Shown: positions 9,431 to 20,637 of the stretch, in pieces
Layout: the number at the start of each line of letters is the position of its first letter
Numbering within the stretch: the first letter of the stretch is position 1
Assembly: GCA_043765375.1 (NCBI GenBank)
Contig: JAYUJH010000006.1
Location: 10,110 to 74,109 of the forward strand
Reading direction: 5' to 3'
DNA: 64,000 bases
From: Alphaproteobacteria bacterium
Lineage (GTDB): Bacteria > Pseudomonadota > Alphaproteobacteria > Rickettsiales > UBA998
Translations under genes and position numbers: made by a program
Notes under the pieces: generated by a model
What the model saw: the letters and a program-made list of their open reading frames with translations, nothing else
What the model was told of the DNA's origin: nothing
Database searches by the model: none

Positions 9431-11647
9431 ATGAACATATCAACATCAATAGTCACCAAAGATGCTATTCCTCAAAATGGTGATGATATTTCACCAGCAA
9501 CCATTGCGCAACATGGCTTGAGTGCTGATGAATATCAAAAAATTGTTGAAATCATGCAGCGTGCGCCAAACTTAACCGAGCTTGGCATATTTTCAGTGAT
9601 GTGGAGCGAGCATTGTTCTTACAAAACCACTCGCAAGTGGCTGTCACAACTGCCAACAACTGGCGAGCGGGTGATTTGTGGCCCTGGGGAAAATGCAGGC
9701 GTGATTGATATTAATGACGGGCAGGCAGTGATTTTCAAAATGGAAAGTCATAATCACCCTTCATTCATTGAGCCATATCAAGGGGCAGCAACGGGTGTTG
9801 GTGGTATTTTGCGTGATGTGTTCACTATGGGAGCGCGCCCGATTGCTGTGTTAAATGCGTTGCGTTTTGGCGCACCAGAAAATCAACGCACAAAGCACCT
9901 TGTTTCAGGAGTTGTTGCTGGAATTGGTGGCTATGGTAATTGTGTTGGCGTGCCAAATGTTGGAGGTGAGTGCAATTTTGATGAGGCTTATAACGGGAAT
10001 ATTTTAGTCAATGCAATGGCAGTTGGTTTGGCAGATGCGGACAAAATATTTTATTCTGCCGCAGCTGGAATTGGCAACCCCGTGTTATATGTGGGGGCAA
10101 AGACTGGTAGAGACGGTATTCATGGCGCAACAATGGCATCTGCTGAGTTTGATGCAAATAGCGAAGAAAAACGTCCAACTGTGCAAGTTGGTGACCCGTT
10201 CATTGAAAAATTATTGATTGAAGCATGTTTAGAGCTGATGCAAACTGATGCAATCATCGCCATTCAGGATATGGGAGCAGCGGGATTGACTTGTTCATCG
10301 CTTGAGATGGCAGGAAAAGGCGAGCTTGGAATTGAGATAGAGCTTAGCAAAGTGCCGCAACGTGAACCGCACATGACCCCATATGAGATTATGCTATCCG
10401 AGAGCCAAGAGCGCATGTTGATGGTGATAAAACCTGAGAGGGAGCAACTAGCGCATGATATTTTTCGCAAATGGGAACTGGATATCGCAACAATTGGTGT
10501 GCTAACTGATACGGGGCGTATGGTGCTGAAAGAACATGGTGCAGTGGTGGCGGATATGCCAATTGCTCCGATTTCAACTAATTCTCCCGTGCTGGAACGT
10601 GAATATAACATTGTCAATGCAGCAAATGTGGCGATTGCAAATGCAGATTTGAGCGTGACAGAGGCGGGGGCGGCTTTGAAACAATTGCTTGCAACTCCAA
10701 ATCTATGCTCCAAACGATGGATTTATGAACAATATGATAGCCAAGTGATGAATGATACGGTGGCAACAAGGGGCGCAGATGCCGCAATCGTCAGAGTTCA
10801 TGGAACAAAAAAAGGGTTGGCAATAACCACTGATTGCACCCCACGCTATTGTTTGGCAAACCCGCATGAAGGTGGCAAACAAGCAGTAGCAGAGGCTTGG
10901 CGCAACATTAGTGCAACTGGCGCAACCCCAATTGCGATAACGAACTGCCTCAATTTTGGTAACCCTGAAAAACCCGAAGTGATGGGACAAATTGTTGGTT
11001 GCTTGCAAGGAATGGGTGAAGCTTGCACGGCCTTGGATTTTCCTATTGTGTCGGGCAATGTATCATTATATAACGAAACCTCGGGCAAAACAATCCTTCC
11101 AACTCCCGCAATTGGTGGGGTTGGATTGTTTGACGATGTCACAAAACACGCAACCATCAAGTTCAAACAGTCAGGTAATGCTATCATATTAATTGGTGGA
11201 GTTGGAACGCATTTGGGTGCATCAATCTATATGCGCAATGTGAAGGGAAGCAAACTCGGTGGTGCGCCAATTGTGGATTTAGCGAAGGAAAAATTACATG
11301 GTGATGTGGTGCGAAATATGATTATTGCAGGCAAAATTGTCGCCAGTCATGATTTATCTGATGGCGGGTTGCTGATTGCAATCGCTGAAATGTGTATGAG
11401 TGGTGGGTGCGGTGCAAGCGTTGAACTGCCATTAAATGAAGCAGCATTATTTGGTGAAGATCAAGCGAGATATTTGCTAGAAATGAGCGATGATAATTGG
11501 CAGGAGCTTAGCAAAACCAGCATTGATGCACAAAAAATTGGCGTAGTCGGTGGCGATGAGTTAAATATTAATGGTACAATAATCGCTAAAACATCAGAAT
11601 TATGCGAGATTAATGAATCATGGTTGCCAGAATATATGGGGCAATAA
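9431..11647 (+). CDS. purL: Phosphoribosylformylglycinamidine synthase subunit PurL
   Basis: [42 protein letters not shown]. Confidence 0.98.
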   Translation: MNISTSIVTKDAIPQNGDDISPATIAQHGLSADEYQKIVEIMQRAPNLTELGIFSVMWSEHCSYKTTRKWLSQLPTTGERVICGPGENAGVIDINDGQAVIFKMESHNHPSFIEPYQGAATGVGGILRDVFTMGARPIAVLNALRFGAPENQRTKHLVSGVVAGIGGYGNCVGVPNVGGECNFDEAYNGNILVNAMAVGLADADKIFYSAAAGIGNPVLYVGAKTGRDGIHGATMASAEFDANSEEKRPTVQVGDPFIEKLLIEACLELMQTDAIIAIQDMGAAGLTCSSLEMAGKGELGIEIELSKVPQREPHMTPYEIMLSESQERMLMVIKPEREQLAHDIFRKWELDIATIGVLTDTGRMVLKEHGAVVADMPIAPISTNSPVLEREYNIVNAANVAIANADLSVTEAGAALKQLLATPNLCSKRWIYEQYDSQVMNDTVATRGADAAIVRVHGTKKGLAITTDCTPRYCLANPHEGGKQAVAEAWRNISATGATPIAITNCLNFGNPEKPEVMGQIVGCLQGMGEACTALDFPIVSGNVSLYNETSGKTILPTPAIGGVGLFDDVTKHATIKFKQSGNAIILIGGVGTHLGASIYMRNVKGSKLGGAPIVDLAKEKLHGDVVRNMIIAGKIVASHDLSDGGLLIAIAEMCMSGGCGASVELPLNEAALFGEDQARYLLEMSDDNWQELSKTSIDAQKIGVVGGDELNINGTIIAKTSELCEINESWLPEYMGQ

Positions 11648-11692
11648 TAATATTGTTTTATTAACTAATTTGAATTATAATAGGAACTTAAA

Positions 11693-11923
11693 ATGCCATT
11701 ATCTGCTGAAATAATTAAACAACGAATAACAAATGCACTGCCAGATGCAATCATTGAACTGGTGGATTTAGCGGGGGACAACGATCATTGGCAAGTGAGC
11801 GTGACCTCGGCCGCATTCGCTGGATTGCCAAAAATAAAACAGCATAAGATGGTGTATGATGCGTTTGGTGATGATATGGGGACAACATTGCACGCATTAA
11901 GTGTTAAAACTATCTCACTCTAA
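11693..11923 (+). CDS. bolA: BolA family protein
   Basis: GDNDHW, F.G...IKQHKMVY, LHALS; purL-bolA adjacency typical of alphaproteobacteria. Confidence 0.92.
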   Translation: MPLSAEIIKQRITNALPDAIIELVDLAGDNDHWQVSVTSAAFAGLPKIKQHKMVYDAFGDDMGTTLHALSVKTISL

Positions 11924-11971
11924 ACGACTATCTTAATTTAAGCTAAATAATATATTTTTATGGAGAATAAT

Positions 11972-12070
11972 ATGTGCAAAACATTAGATAACATCGTCAG
12001 CAAAATCAAAGCAAAATTATGCGATAAAAAAACAACCGCTCCAGAGCAAAAACCATCAGATAAATCATGA
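11972..12070 (+). CDS. Putative 32-aa small protein
   Basis: GGAGAA SD upstream of ATG; MCKTLDNIVSKIKAKLCDKKTTAPEQKPSDKS. Confidence 0.4.
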   Translation: MCKTLDNIVSKIKAKLCDKKTTAPEQKPSDKS

Positions 12071-12121
12071 TGAGCGCATTATTCAAGTTAAATGTTTGAT
12101 TTCTAAATACTTAATTTTTAG

Positions 12122-12451
12122 ATGTTTGATTTTTCATTTGCCGAATTATTGGTGGTTGCAGTAGTTGGATTAATTGTGCTTGGTCCTGAAGAATTGCCAA
12201 AAGTCGCTCGCTATGTGCGAAATATTATTAGGCAAATTAAATCAGCTAGTGCAAATATTCAACAACAAGTAACGGAATTGCTTGATGATGAGGATATAAA
12301 AACCGCAACAAACTTCATCAAAGGCGATGATGGCAAGTTTTATGCAACTTATGATGTGCCGAATATCATAAGAGATGGCGGTGGTGATATGCCAAACATC
12401 ATAAAAAACAAAAGTGACGATATGTTAGACACAGCAAAACATGATTTGTGA
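12122..12451 (+). CDS. tatB: Twin-arginine translocase TatB
   Basis: MFDFSFAELLVVAVVGLIVLGPEELP. Confidence 0.92.
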   Translation: MFDFSFAELLVVAVVGLIVLGPEELPKVARYVRNIIRQIKSASANIQQQVTELLDDEDIKTATNFIKGDDGKFYATYDVPNIIRDGGGDMPNIIKNKSDDMLDTAKHDL

Positions 12452-12583
12452 AAAATAACTTGCAAAATTATAACTTACAAAATTGTGGCGTGTCAAAAAA
12501 AATCTATAAAAAATTATATATTATAAGTGATTGATAAAACATGATATACATATATAATAATTATACAAAACATCAAAACTTGA

Positions 12584-13381
12584 ATGAATAAATTATCCAC
12601 AGAACTGGCGCAACAATCGCTTTATACCCATCTTGCCGAGTTGCGCACTCGCCTGATTTATAGCATTTTGGCGTGGTTGATGACGAGTGTGCTGAGCTAT
12701 CTCATGATATCTCACATCATGCAATTTTTGACCGTTCCACTCGCTGCGGCCTATGCTAGCCCAGAATCTAAACGGTTAATATTCACCAGCCTGCCCGAGG
12801 CGTTCGTAACATATATAAAACTGGCAATGATTTCAGGGGTTTTTTTCGCCTTCCCAATAATAGTGTGGCAATTATATCGTTTCATTGCCCCCGCACTTTA
12901 TGCTCGTGAAAAACGTGCAACCATACCATTTTTGGTGGCAGCACCTTTGTTGTTTTATGCTGGTGCAGCACTTGCCTATTTTTATATTTTTCCTGCGGCA
13001 TGGAAGTTTTTTGTCAGTTTTGAGATGCTCGCAAACCCCGTTCAGGGTGGTTTGGCTGTGGAACTTGAGGCAAAATTAAGCGAATATCTGAGCTTAATTA
13101 GTGGAATAATTATCGCATTTGGCATTTCTTTTCAACTGCCATTAGTGTTGCTGTTAATGATTAAAGCGGGAGTTCTTGATGTCGCCAGCTTGAAAAAAGC
13201 AAGGCGTTATGCAATTATTGGCTTGCTGATTATAGCGGCGATACTCACTCCGCCAGATATATTTTCACAAATTGGATTGTTTGTGCCGCTTTATGGCTTA
13301 TATGAAATCGCAATTTTCATCGGGGGTTTTATGCAAAAATCCCGCAATGACGAACCAAATGATGATGAAATCGTGGTTTGA
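12584..13381 (+). CDS. tatC: Twin-arginine translocase TatC
   Basis: HLAELRTRL, FIAPALY, FGISFQLP, AAILTPPD. Confidence 0.96.
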   Translation: MNKLSTELAQQSLYTHLAELRTRLIYSILAWLMTSVLSYLMISHIMQFLTVPLAAAYASPESKRLIFTSLPEAFVTYIKLAMISGVFFAFPIIVWQLYRFIAPALYAREKRATIPFLVAAPLLFYAGAALAYFYIFPAAWKFFVSFEMLANPVQGGLAVELEAKLSEYLSLISGIIIAFGISFQLPLVLLLMIKAGVLDVASLKKARRYAIIGLLIIAAILTPPDIFSQIGLFVPLYGLYEIAIFIGGFMQKSRNDEPNDDEIVV

Positions 13382-13500
13382 AAAACACTAAGTTAAGATG
13401 AAATCGTAACTTGAAAGACATAATCCCGCACAGAAATATTTCATACATCACTGATATTTCAGTTTATTGTTGCGTTAATGATGATTGTCTTTATGTTGAC

Positions 13501-15225
13501 ATGTTAATGTTGAAATATATCTTAAAATTACGAATAATTTATTTTGTCAAGCTATGCTTGATTGCATCATTATGCTTGATTGCATTTTTACCGTGGCAAA
13601 ACGCATTTGCAGCGCAATCTCGCTATATTGCTCGTTATGAAAACGTTAATTCAGCAAAACATGTTAATGTTGTAAGAAATATTAATGTTGGCAGAGAAGG
13701 CAGAATTACAACACGGAGCAATTCCAGTTATGGTTCAAATCGTTATAATCTTCGCCGTAGACCTAATATTACAGCATATAATGCAACTGATAATTCAAGG
13801 ATAATTGCACCAGAGCTTCAACAAATTGGCCTTGAGCAAAATAAACTTCAAATACGCAACATTAATGATGCCCTGCGACCAAATATTTTACAACCAAATA
13901 TTGCACAATCAAATATTGAGCGAAATAATGTTACCGCAAAAACTGAATTAGTGATAAAACCATTTGAATATTATAATGACGCACCAATTTCAATTGCCCC
14001 CCCTCCCGTTCCTATAATTTCTTCTAAAAATAATATTAATGCGCCTAAAATTGATGAAATAAAAACTATTCAAACAAAACCCACTCAAGCAATAATAGAG
14101 CTTCCAGCGCAACAAATAGCCAAAACAGGTGATGTAATAGATTTTGGCGTGCAACCATTGCAAATGCAGCAAATAAAAACAATTCCGCCAGAAATTATCT
14201 CGCCAAAAGTTGAAGTTCCAGCTCAGGAGCAAGTTCAAAAAGTGGAAGTGCAAGAAATAGAGGTGCAAGAAATAGAAATTAGAGAGGTGACATATAATAA
14301 TGCACCAAAAATTGTGCCAAACACCACATCGCCAAACATAGCCAAAACACAAAATATAACTGCCTCACCAGATAACTCCGAACCAAATATACCCACTCCA
14401 AAAGTCACTGAAATTGAAGTTCCAACCATTAACGCCCCGCCCAGTGTGAAATTAACTGAGCCGCAACCTGATGAAATATCAGCGCAGACAAAAAATATTT
14501 TGCAGAAATTGCCAAATGATATATTTCCAACAGAGCGAATGGAGCGTGGTAATTTTGATGTGAACCGCACAAAGATGCAACAAACCACACCAGATTATGG
14601 CGGAATAGCCCAAGAAATTGGGGCAAGTGTTGCGGTGCGTCGCCAATCATTTGATGTGAATTATGAGTTGGATAAAGCATATAATGCGCTAATTCGTGGT
14701 AATACTGAAATAGCGGTGCAGATTTATCGTGATGTGTTGAATGCTGAGCCAAATAATAAATATGCGCTTTTTGGGTTAGCCACGACTTATCATAAACTTG
14801 GTATGACCAAGCAAGCTCGTCCAATTTATGGCAGATTGCTTGAGCTTGACCCTTATAATAAAGAAGCATTGAACAATTTTCTTGCCTTGGTTGGTGAGGA
14901 AGCTCCCGAATCTGCTATATTATATCTTGAGCAATTAAAAGGGCAGAACTCAGATTTCAGCCCAATTTATGCGCAATTAGCATCGCTTTATTCCAAGCAA
15001 AATAATAACCAGCTTGCGATTGAAAATATGCAAGAGGCGATATTAATTTCTCCCGAAAACTTGGTATATCAATATAATTTAGCGGTGATGTATGATAAAG
15101 CAAAACAAGGCGATAGGGCAGCTATGCTTTATCGCCAATTGGTCAAATCAGGGCTTGATGGCAAAGAATTACCCGCAAGTTTGAGTGATATTCAGAAAAG
15201 ATTAACTTATTTATTGTCTAATTAG
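13501..15225 (+). CDS. Exported protein with long disordered region and C-terminal TPR repeats
   Basis: N-terminal signal/TM segment, P/I/N-rich linker, TPRs (ALFGLATTYHKLG, IYAQLASLYSKQ, YQYNLAVMYDK); start uncertain. Confidence 0.75.
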   Translation: MLMLKYILKLRIIYFVKLCLIASLCLIAFLPWQNAFAAQSRYIARYENVNSAKHVNVVRNINVGREGRITTRSNSSYGSNRYNLRRRPNITAYNATDNSRIIAPELQQIGLEQNKLQIRNINDALRPNILQPNIAQSNIERNNVTAKTELVIKPFEYYNDAPISIAPPPVPIISSKNNINAPKIDEIKTIQTKPTQAIIELPAQQIAKTGDVIDFGVQPLQMQQIKTIPPEIISPKVEVPAQEQVQKVEVQEIEVQEIEIREVTYNNAPKIVPNTTSPNIAKTQNITASPDNSEPNIPTPKVTEIEVPTINAPPSVKLTEPQPDEISAQTKNILQKLPNDIFPTERMERGNFDVNRTKMQQTTPDYGGIAQEIGASVAVRRQSFDVNYELDKAYNALIRGNTEIAVQIYRDVLNAEPNNKYALFGLATTYHKLGMTKQARPIYGRLLELDPYNKEALNNFLALVGEEAPESAILYLEQLKGQNSDFSPIYAQLASLYSKQNNNQLAIENMQEAILISPENLVYQYNLAVMYDKAKQGDRAAMLYRQLVKSGLDGKELPASLSDIQKRLTYLLSN

Positions 15226-15258
15226 GCTATAAAAATATTTTAATCGGAATTATATTAT

Positions 15259-16338
15259 ATGGATATTACGGACTTGCTTGCTGTATCGCACCAAAATCGT
15301 GCATCAGATTTACATTTATCATCAGGAAGCCCACCTATAATCAGGGTAAATGGTGATATAATGCCAATTAAAACCTCGCCCCCGCTCTCGCCCGAGGCAA
15401 TCAAAGAAATGCTTTATTCGGTGATGACAGATCAACAACGAAGCGAATATGAAGGGCAGTGGGAGTTGGATTTTTCCATTTCATTTGGGCAAGCATCTCG
15501 TTTTCGGGTGAATGCTTTCAACACGATGAAAGGCCCCGCCGCAGTTTTCAGGACTATTCCAACCAAAATATTATCGCTTGATGAACTTGGTGCGCCAGAT
15601 ATATTCAAAAAATTATGCGGGCTGCATAAAGGTTTAGTGCTGGTGACTGGTCCTACGGGTAGCGGAAAATCCACCACACTTGCCGCAATAATTGATCATA
15701 TCAACCGCACTCAGCAAAAACATATCATCACGATTGAAGATCCAATAGAGTTTGTGCATCAGTCGCAGAGATGTTTAATCAATCAACGTGAAGTTGGAGC
15801 AAGCACTCGTTCATTCGCTCGCGCACTCAAAAGTTGCTTGCGTGAAGATCCTGATATCATCTTGGTGGGTGAGTTGCGGGATATTGAAACAATCCATTTG
15901 GCGATGACAGCGGCAGAAACAGGGCATTTGGTGATGGGAACATTGCACACCAACACCGCACCAAAAACGATTGACCGCATCATTGATGTGTTCCCAAGTG
16001 CGGATAAAGAAATGGCACGGGCGATGTTATCAGTTTCATTGGAGGCGGTGATTTCTCAAGCATTGCTCAAAACCAAAGATGGCACGGGGCGGGTGGCAGC
16101 GCATGAGATTATGCTTGGAACATCAGCGGTTCGCAATTTAATTCGTGAGGCGAAAATCCCCCAACTTTATTCGGTGATTCAAACAGGCTCCAAAATGGGT
16201 ATGAAAACGATGAAGGAAAGCCTTAATGAACTGGTGGTTGCAGGCAAAATTGATGAGTCTGAAATGCACCGTATTTTAGCAACCAGCAGTGAGATGGATA
16301 CATTACCCAAGCCAACACAGAATAATAATGCTTTTTGA
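15259..16338 (+). CDS. pilT: Type IV pilus retraction ATPase
   Basis: ASDLHL, GPTGSGKSTT, TIEDPIE, LREDPD, AETGHLV.GTLHT, AVRNLIRE (AIRNLIRE motif). Confidence 0.96.
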   Translation: MDITDLLAVSHQNRASDLHLSSGSPPIIRVNGDIMPIKTSPPLSPEAIKEMLYSVMTDQQRSEYEGQWELDFSISFGQASRFRVNAFNTMKGPAAVFRTIPTKILSLDELGAPDIFKKLCGLHKGLVLVTGPTGSGKSTTLAAIIDHINRTQQKHIITIEDPIEFVHQSQRCLINQREVGASTRSFARALKSCLREDPDIILVGELRDIETIHLAMTAAETGHLVMGTLHTNTAPKTIDRIIDVFPSADKEMARAMLSVSLEAVISQALLKTKDGTGRVAAHEIMLGTSAVRNLIREAKIPQLYSVIQTGSKMGMKTMKESLNELVVAGKIDESEMHRILATSSEMDTLPKPTQNNNAF

Positions 16339-16427
16339 ATGTTTTATTTAGTTTTGCGAGTTTTGTTTAGTAATTATTCAGCATTTATAGTATATGTTGA
16401 AATTAATATATATTTTAGGCGAATTAA

Positions 16428-17645
16428 ATGGAAAATATTGGATTATATCAGTTTTACGAAATGCAACGAGCGACGATTGCACCAGTAAATATTATGGCAA
16501 AACTTGGCAAAGATTGGTTCGCCAACCCACGCAATCCTTTTGCATCACGCTATCTTGGAGCGAGCTTTGAGTTGCTAGAGCGCATGACACGGCAATATGG
16601 CAAGCCAAGATTTGCCATTCATGAGGTGCAAATTGATGGAAAACCAGCGAAAGTTCATAACCATATCGTCATGAATAAACCATTTTGTCATTTGCGAGAA
16701 TTGTCAGTTCCAGAACTAAAGCGTGATGTGCCAAAAATATTGGTAGTTGCGCCAATGTCAGGGCATTATGCAACCTTATTGCGGGGAACTGTGGAGGCAT
16801 TAATTCCATATGCTGATGTTTTTATCACTGATTGGGTTGATGCGAAAGAAGTTTCAATCCTGCAAGGTGAGTTTGGGCTTGACGATTATATTGATTATGT
16901 CAGAGATTGTGTTCGCCATATTGGGGCAGATGTGCATGTGATTGCAGTCTGTCAACCTGCCGTTCCCGTGCTTGCTGCGGTTGCATTAATGGCGGAAGAT
17001 GGCGAAGAATATACGCCAAAAAGCATGACTTTAATGGGTGGGCCAATTGATACCAGAATTGGCATAACAAAGGTTAATGAGTTTGCCCAGAAAAAACCGC
17101 TAGAATGGTTTCGCCGCAACGTGATAACACTAGTTCCATGCAGCCATAGCGGTTTTATGCGCCGTGTCTATCCGGGGTTTTTGCAACTTAGCGGATTCAT
17201 AACCATGAATAAAAAACGCCATATTGAAGCACACGTAAATATGTTTGAACATCTTGTTGAGGGCGATGATGAAAAAGCCAATGCGCATATAGCGTTTTAT
17301 GATGAATATTTGTCAGTGTGTGACTTAACCGCCGAGTTCTATCTAATGACGATTGATAAAGTATTTCAGCGACATTTGCTGCCAAAAGGTGAGTTTGATT
17401 ATCGTGGTAGAATTGTTAATCCCAGTGCAATCACCAAAACCGCATTGCTATGTGTGGAAGGTGAAAAAGATGATATTTCTGGGGTGGGGCAAACAAGAGC
17501 TGCACTTGATTTATGCTTCAATATTCCAGCGGATAAACAACGTTATCATTTGCAAAAAGATACGGGACATTATGGCATTTTTAATGGTCGTAAATATAGG
17601 GAGCAGGTTTTACCCGTGATTATGGAGCATATTAAAACTGCGTAA
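16428..17645 (+). CDS. phaZ: Intracellular polyhydroxyalkanoate depolymerase
   Basis: APMSGHYATLLRGT, AVCQP, GPIDTR, EGEKDDISG, GHYGIFNG. Confidence 0.95.
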   Translation: MENIGLYQFYEMQRATIAPVNIMAKLGKDWFANPRNPFASRYLGASFELLERMTRQYGKPRFAIHEVQIDGKPAKVHNHIVMNKPFCHLRELSVPELKRDVPKILVVAPMSGHYATLLRGTVEALIPYADVFITDWVDAKEVSILQGEFGLDDYIDYVRDCVRHIGADVHVIAVCQPAVPVLAAVALMAEDGEEYTPKSMTLMGGPIDTRIGITKVNEFAQKKPLEWFRRNVITLVPCSHSGFMRRVYPGFLQLSGFITMNKKRHIEAHVNMFEHLVEGDDEKANAHIAFYDEYLSVCDLTAEFYLMTIDKVFQRHLLPKGEFDYRGRIVNPSAITKTALLCVEGEKDDISGVGQTRAALDLCFNIPADKQRYHLQKDTGHYGIFNGRKYREQVLPVIMEHIKTA

Positions 17646-17780
17646 TGTTTTTTACTATGTATTTGTATTATGATATGAGAATTGATGATGTTGATTAGTT
17701 CTGGGGAATTGTAACATTTTAACGTCACAGCAATTTACAGTTCCATTGTTTTATGTAATTCAAGTAAATAATCGCTATAA

Positions 17781-18392
17781 TCATCGCATTTGTTGCAAAG
17801 CTCTAACAGCTCGCTTATCACCATTTCGTGCAAGTTTTTCCAAAATTAATCGCAATTGTTTGATTTTTTGCGGATTTTTCTGCAACTTCGCATAAGTCAC
17901 TGCTGCCATATAATTACCACGAGTCACACTCAAACGCAATAAATCATCAGCTTTTTCAGGTTGCTCACTCGCAATCAACATCGCCAATTGCTCAGGTGCT
18001 TTGTCATGACCCAACTTGCTTGCGGAATCCAACAATTTGCGCTTATATTCACCATCGGCGAGTTGTTCAGCCGTGATAAATTGCGCACTTGCCACCATTA
18101 ATGCTTGCTCTCGGTTTTGTGGCTCAAGATGGCTTGCCACCTCCAAACATTGTTGCAACATTGCCGTGCGAGCCTTAGATTCTGGAAGCTGTTGCAACAT
18201 TGCCGTGCGAGATTTCATAATTAATTCAGGTGATTTGCTAGCGATTATTTCGGCAAAATCTGCATTGATTTTGGTTGCATCGCCCACTTGCAAATCTCGC
18301 TTAAACTCCCGTAGATTAATCGCAAAAGTGGGAGAGGCAAAAATTGGTGATACAGCACCGCACAATAGCATTATTATGAATATTTTTTTCAT
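17781..18392 (-). CDS. Secreted helical (Sel1/TPR-like) protein
   Basis: Signal peptide; SASKLGHDKA, SVTRGNYMAA and KLARNGDKRA resemble Sel1-type turns. Confidence 0.55.
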   Translation of the reverse strand: MKKIFIIMLLCGAVSPIFASPTFAINLREFKRDLQVGDATKINADFAEIIASKSPELIMKSRTAMLQQLPESKARTAMLQQCLEVASHLEPQNREQALMVASAQFITAEQLADGEYKRKLLDSASKLGHDKAPEQLAMLIASEQPEKADDLLRLSVTRGNYMAAVTYAKLQKNPQKIKQLRLILEKLARNGDKRAVRALQQMR

Positions 18393-18394
18393 TA

Positions 18395-20617
18395 TTAATT
18401 TAACTCCATAAAACAGGCAGAATTTCCACCAGCAAACTCATCTATCCACGGCTTTGCAGCACGGCTCAATTTTGCAACCATTTGTTGCAATCTCACATTT
18501 GCAAAAATATTTGATACACTCATATTATCATTCCAATATGCAACAAAACTCATGTAATTCCTTAAATTAGGGCGGTTGTCAAACATACCCATATCCGTTT
18601 GAAAAATATTGCCATTCTCCCCCGCAGTAAAATTATTCGCAGCTTGTGGCAAAATTAATAACGGATTATAACTCATACTAACAAAATCATGCAGCAAATA
18701 TTGCAATTTTTGCGTTGCCTCTGCCGTAATTTCATCGCCCTGAAGTTGCATCATTCTCACCATTAATGTAAGAGTAGCGATTGATTGACGATTATACCAA
18801 ACCGCCCTCGCCCCCCGTTTCGCCTCTAGTTGCAGCGTTCCAGCAGGCAACGCCCCCGCAGGAAATGTTCCATTCATATTAATTTGTGCTATCGCCCGAT
18901 AAAAACCTAATCTGCCCTCATGATATAATTTTGGATCTTTCGCAATAATTCCATATGCAAGCAGCACCGCATCTGCCATGTAGCGATGATTATTGAAATC
19001 CACTTCACCATCAAACTTCATATTAGCTATCTCAACCAATGGTTGCAACCAGTCATGCAAAATCTCCAGCTCGCTCGCATCAAAATCATCATATACCACA
19101 CTTATTGCAGCCATGACGGGAATAAGTGTTCGCTTTAATGCGTAAATTGCATTATGATGCTTTTCACTGCGCCCAAACGCCTCCGCCCTCGCCCATTTCA
19201 GCAATAATTGTTTCAGCTCCGCCCTCGCTATCGCATCTCCCGCTTTAGCACGACTTGTTTGCAACATCACCACCCACGCAAAATCTTCTGCGGAATGGTC
19301 AGTTCCATAACTATCATCAGCTTTCAAAGCATTAATTGGCTCACCCAACTGTGGCAAAGTGAAATTATCATTACAAACATTTAATCCAATGCTCGTATTT
19401 GATAATAATTTTTGTGGATAAAGTTTTTTGAAAGGCTCAAAAGTAACCATGTTTGGTTGCTCAATATTCACATGTTGAACTGAGTTTTTCAGGCGTTCAA
19501 TCACTGCTTGCGCCGCTTGTTCTTGAGCTTTCAGACCATGTTGACGATATCCATCACGCAGATAATAATGCGCTTTGAGGTTAGCTTTTGGCGTGGCGAT
19601 GTTCTCCGCAACTAGCTGTGCTTGCTCCATTTCTCCAGCTTCTGCCAGCCATTTGACATGTTGCAATATAGCTTTTTCTTGCGGAGAATCTTTCATCATC
19701 AACCACAGAGAATGCAACATTAAATTATCATTTTTTTGAGTATCGTGCTTTTTGGTGGATTGTTCTTCATTATCATTTTTAGTGCGTTTTTCTTTAGCAT
19801 TATTTTTTTGAATCAAATCTGCATTATATATTTTTTGTAATAATTCATTGCGCTGCTCCAATCGTTGATGAAGTGGCGCAATCGCAACCAAATGTAGGGC
19901 ATCATTTAATTTATTTGCATTAATCGCTGCATTAATCGCCATCAAATCAAGCGGTTGCTGTTTGCCATCACGCAAATGCAAACGGTGCAACCCATAGGCT
20001 CTATGGCGGGCGGTTTTTTGACGTTTCAACAACAAATTGGGAGTTTCATAATCACCACTATCAAGCAATGCGGTTGTAACTGCATTCAAAAAATCATCAT
20101 GTGATGGATAGTTTTTCTTTGAGAAATCTTGTAATAATTCAAGCATTTGCTTGGTTTTTGGTTGACCATCATGCAAGGATTGCGCTCGCAAAATCGCTAT
20201 TTTATGGTATGATTTGACTATATCATCGCTCAAACCATCACTCATTTCTAGCGCAATTTCATAGCGATGTTCTCGCAAACTAATTGCCACTAAGTTACTG
20301 ATTACTATATCTTTTGTGAGATAAGGAGTGTTCTCATCAGCAACAAAATCTGCATATAAATCACTCCATGTAGTGAAAGCATTTGATGAACCAAAATCAG
20401 CCTCCGCTTGCAACCATTTTTCTGCTAAAGTTGGCGTTGACGTAGTTGCAGCAACTGCGCCCGTCATGCTTTGAGTTTGATTATCATTCGCAATTACGCT
20501 TGCGCTTTCATTTGCATCTGCATTCGCATTCGCATTCGCATTAGCATTCGCATTCGCATTTGCATTTGCACAAAAAATATTCCCAAATAGCACCATCACC
20601 AACAATAAACGTAGCAT
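18395..20617 (-). CDS. Secreted protein: N-terminal helical region + C-terminal alginate lyase (AlgL/PL5-like) domain
   Basis: Signal peptide; LLKWARAEA, FNNHRY (cf. AlgL NNHSYW), LQLEAKRGARAVWYN (cf. AlgL ELKR.QRALAYH), EFAGGN. Confidence 0.75.
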   Translation of the reverse strand: MLRLLLVMVLFGNIFCANANANANANANANANADANESASVIANDNQTQSMTGAVAATTSTPTLAEKWLQAEADFGSSNAFTTWSDLYADFVADENTPYLTKDIVISNLVAISLREHRYEIALEMSDGLSDDIVKSYHKIAILRAQSLHDGQPKTKQMLELLQDFSKKNYPSHDDFLNAVTTALLDSGDYETPNLLLKRQKTARHRAYGLHRLHLRDGKQQPLDLMAINAAINANKLNDALHLVAIAPLHQRLEQRNELLQKIYNADLIQKNNAKEKRTKNDNEEQSTKKHDTQKNDNLMLHSLWLMMKDSPQEKAILQHVKWLAEAGEMEQAQLVAENIATPKANLKAHYYLRDGYRQHGLKAQEQAAQAVIERLKNSVQHVNIEQPNMVTFEPFKKLYPQKLLSNTSIGLNVCNDNFTLPQLGEPINALKADDSYGTDHSAEDFAWVVMLQTSRAKAGDAIARAELKQLLLKWARAEAFGRSEKHHNAIYALKRTLIPVMAAISVVYDDFDASELEILHDWLQPLVEIANMKFDGEVDFNNHRYMADAVLLAYGIIAKDPKLYHEGRLGFYRAIAQINMNGTFPAGALPAGTLQLEAKRGARAVWYNRQSIATLTLMVRMMQLQGDEITAEATQKLQYLLHDFVSMSYNPLLILPQAANNFTAGENGNIFQTDMGMFDNRPNLRNYMSFVAYWNDNMSVSNIFANVRLQQMVAKLSRAAKPWIDEFAGGNSACFMELN

Positions 20618-20637
20618 AATTCCAACAACCTTATATC

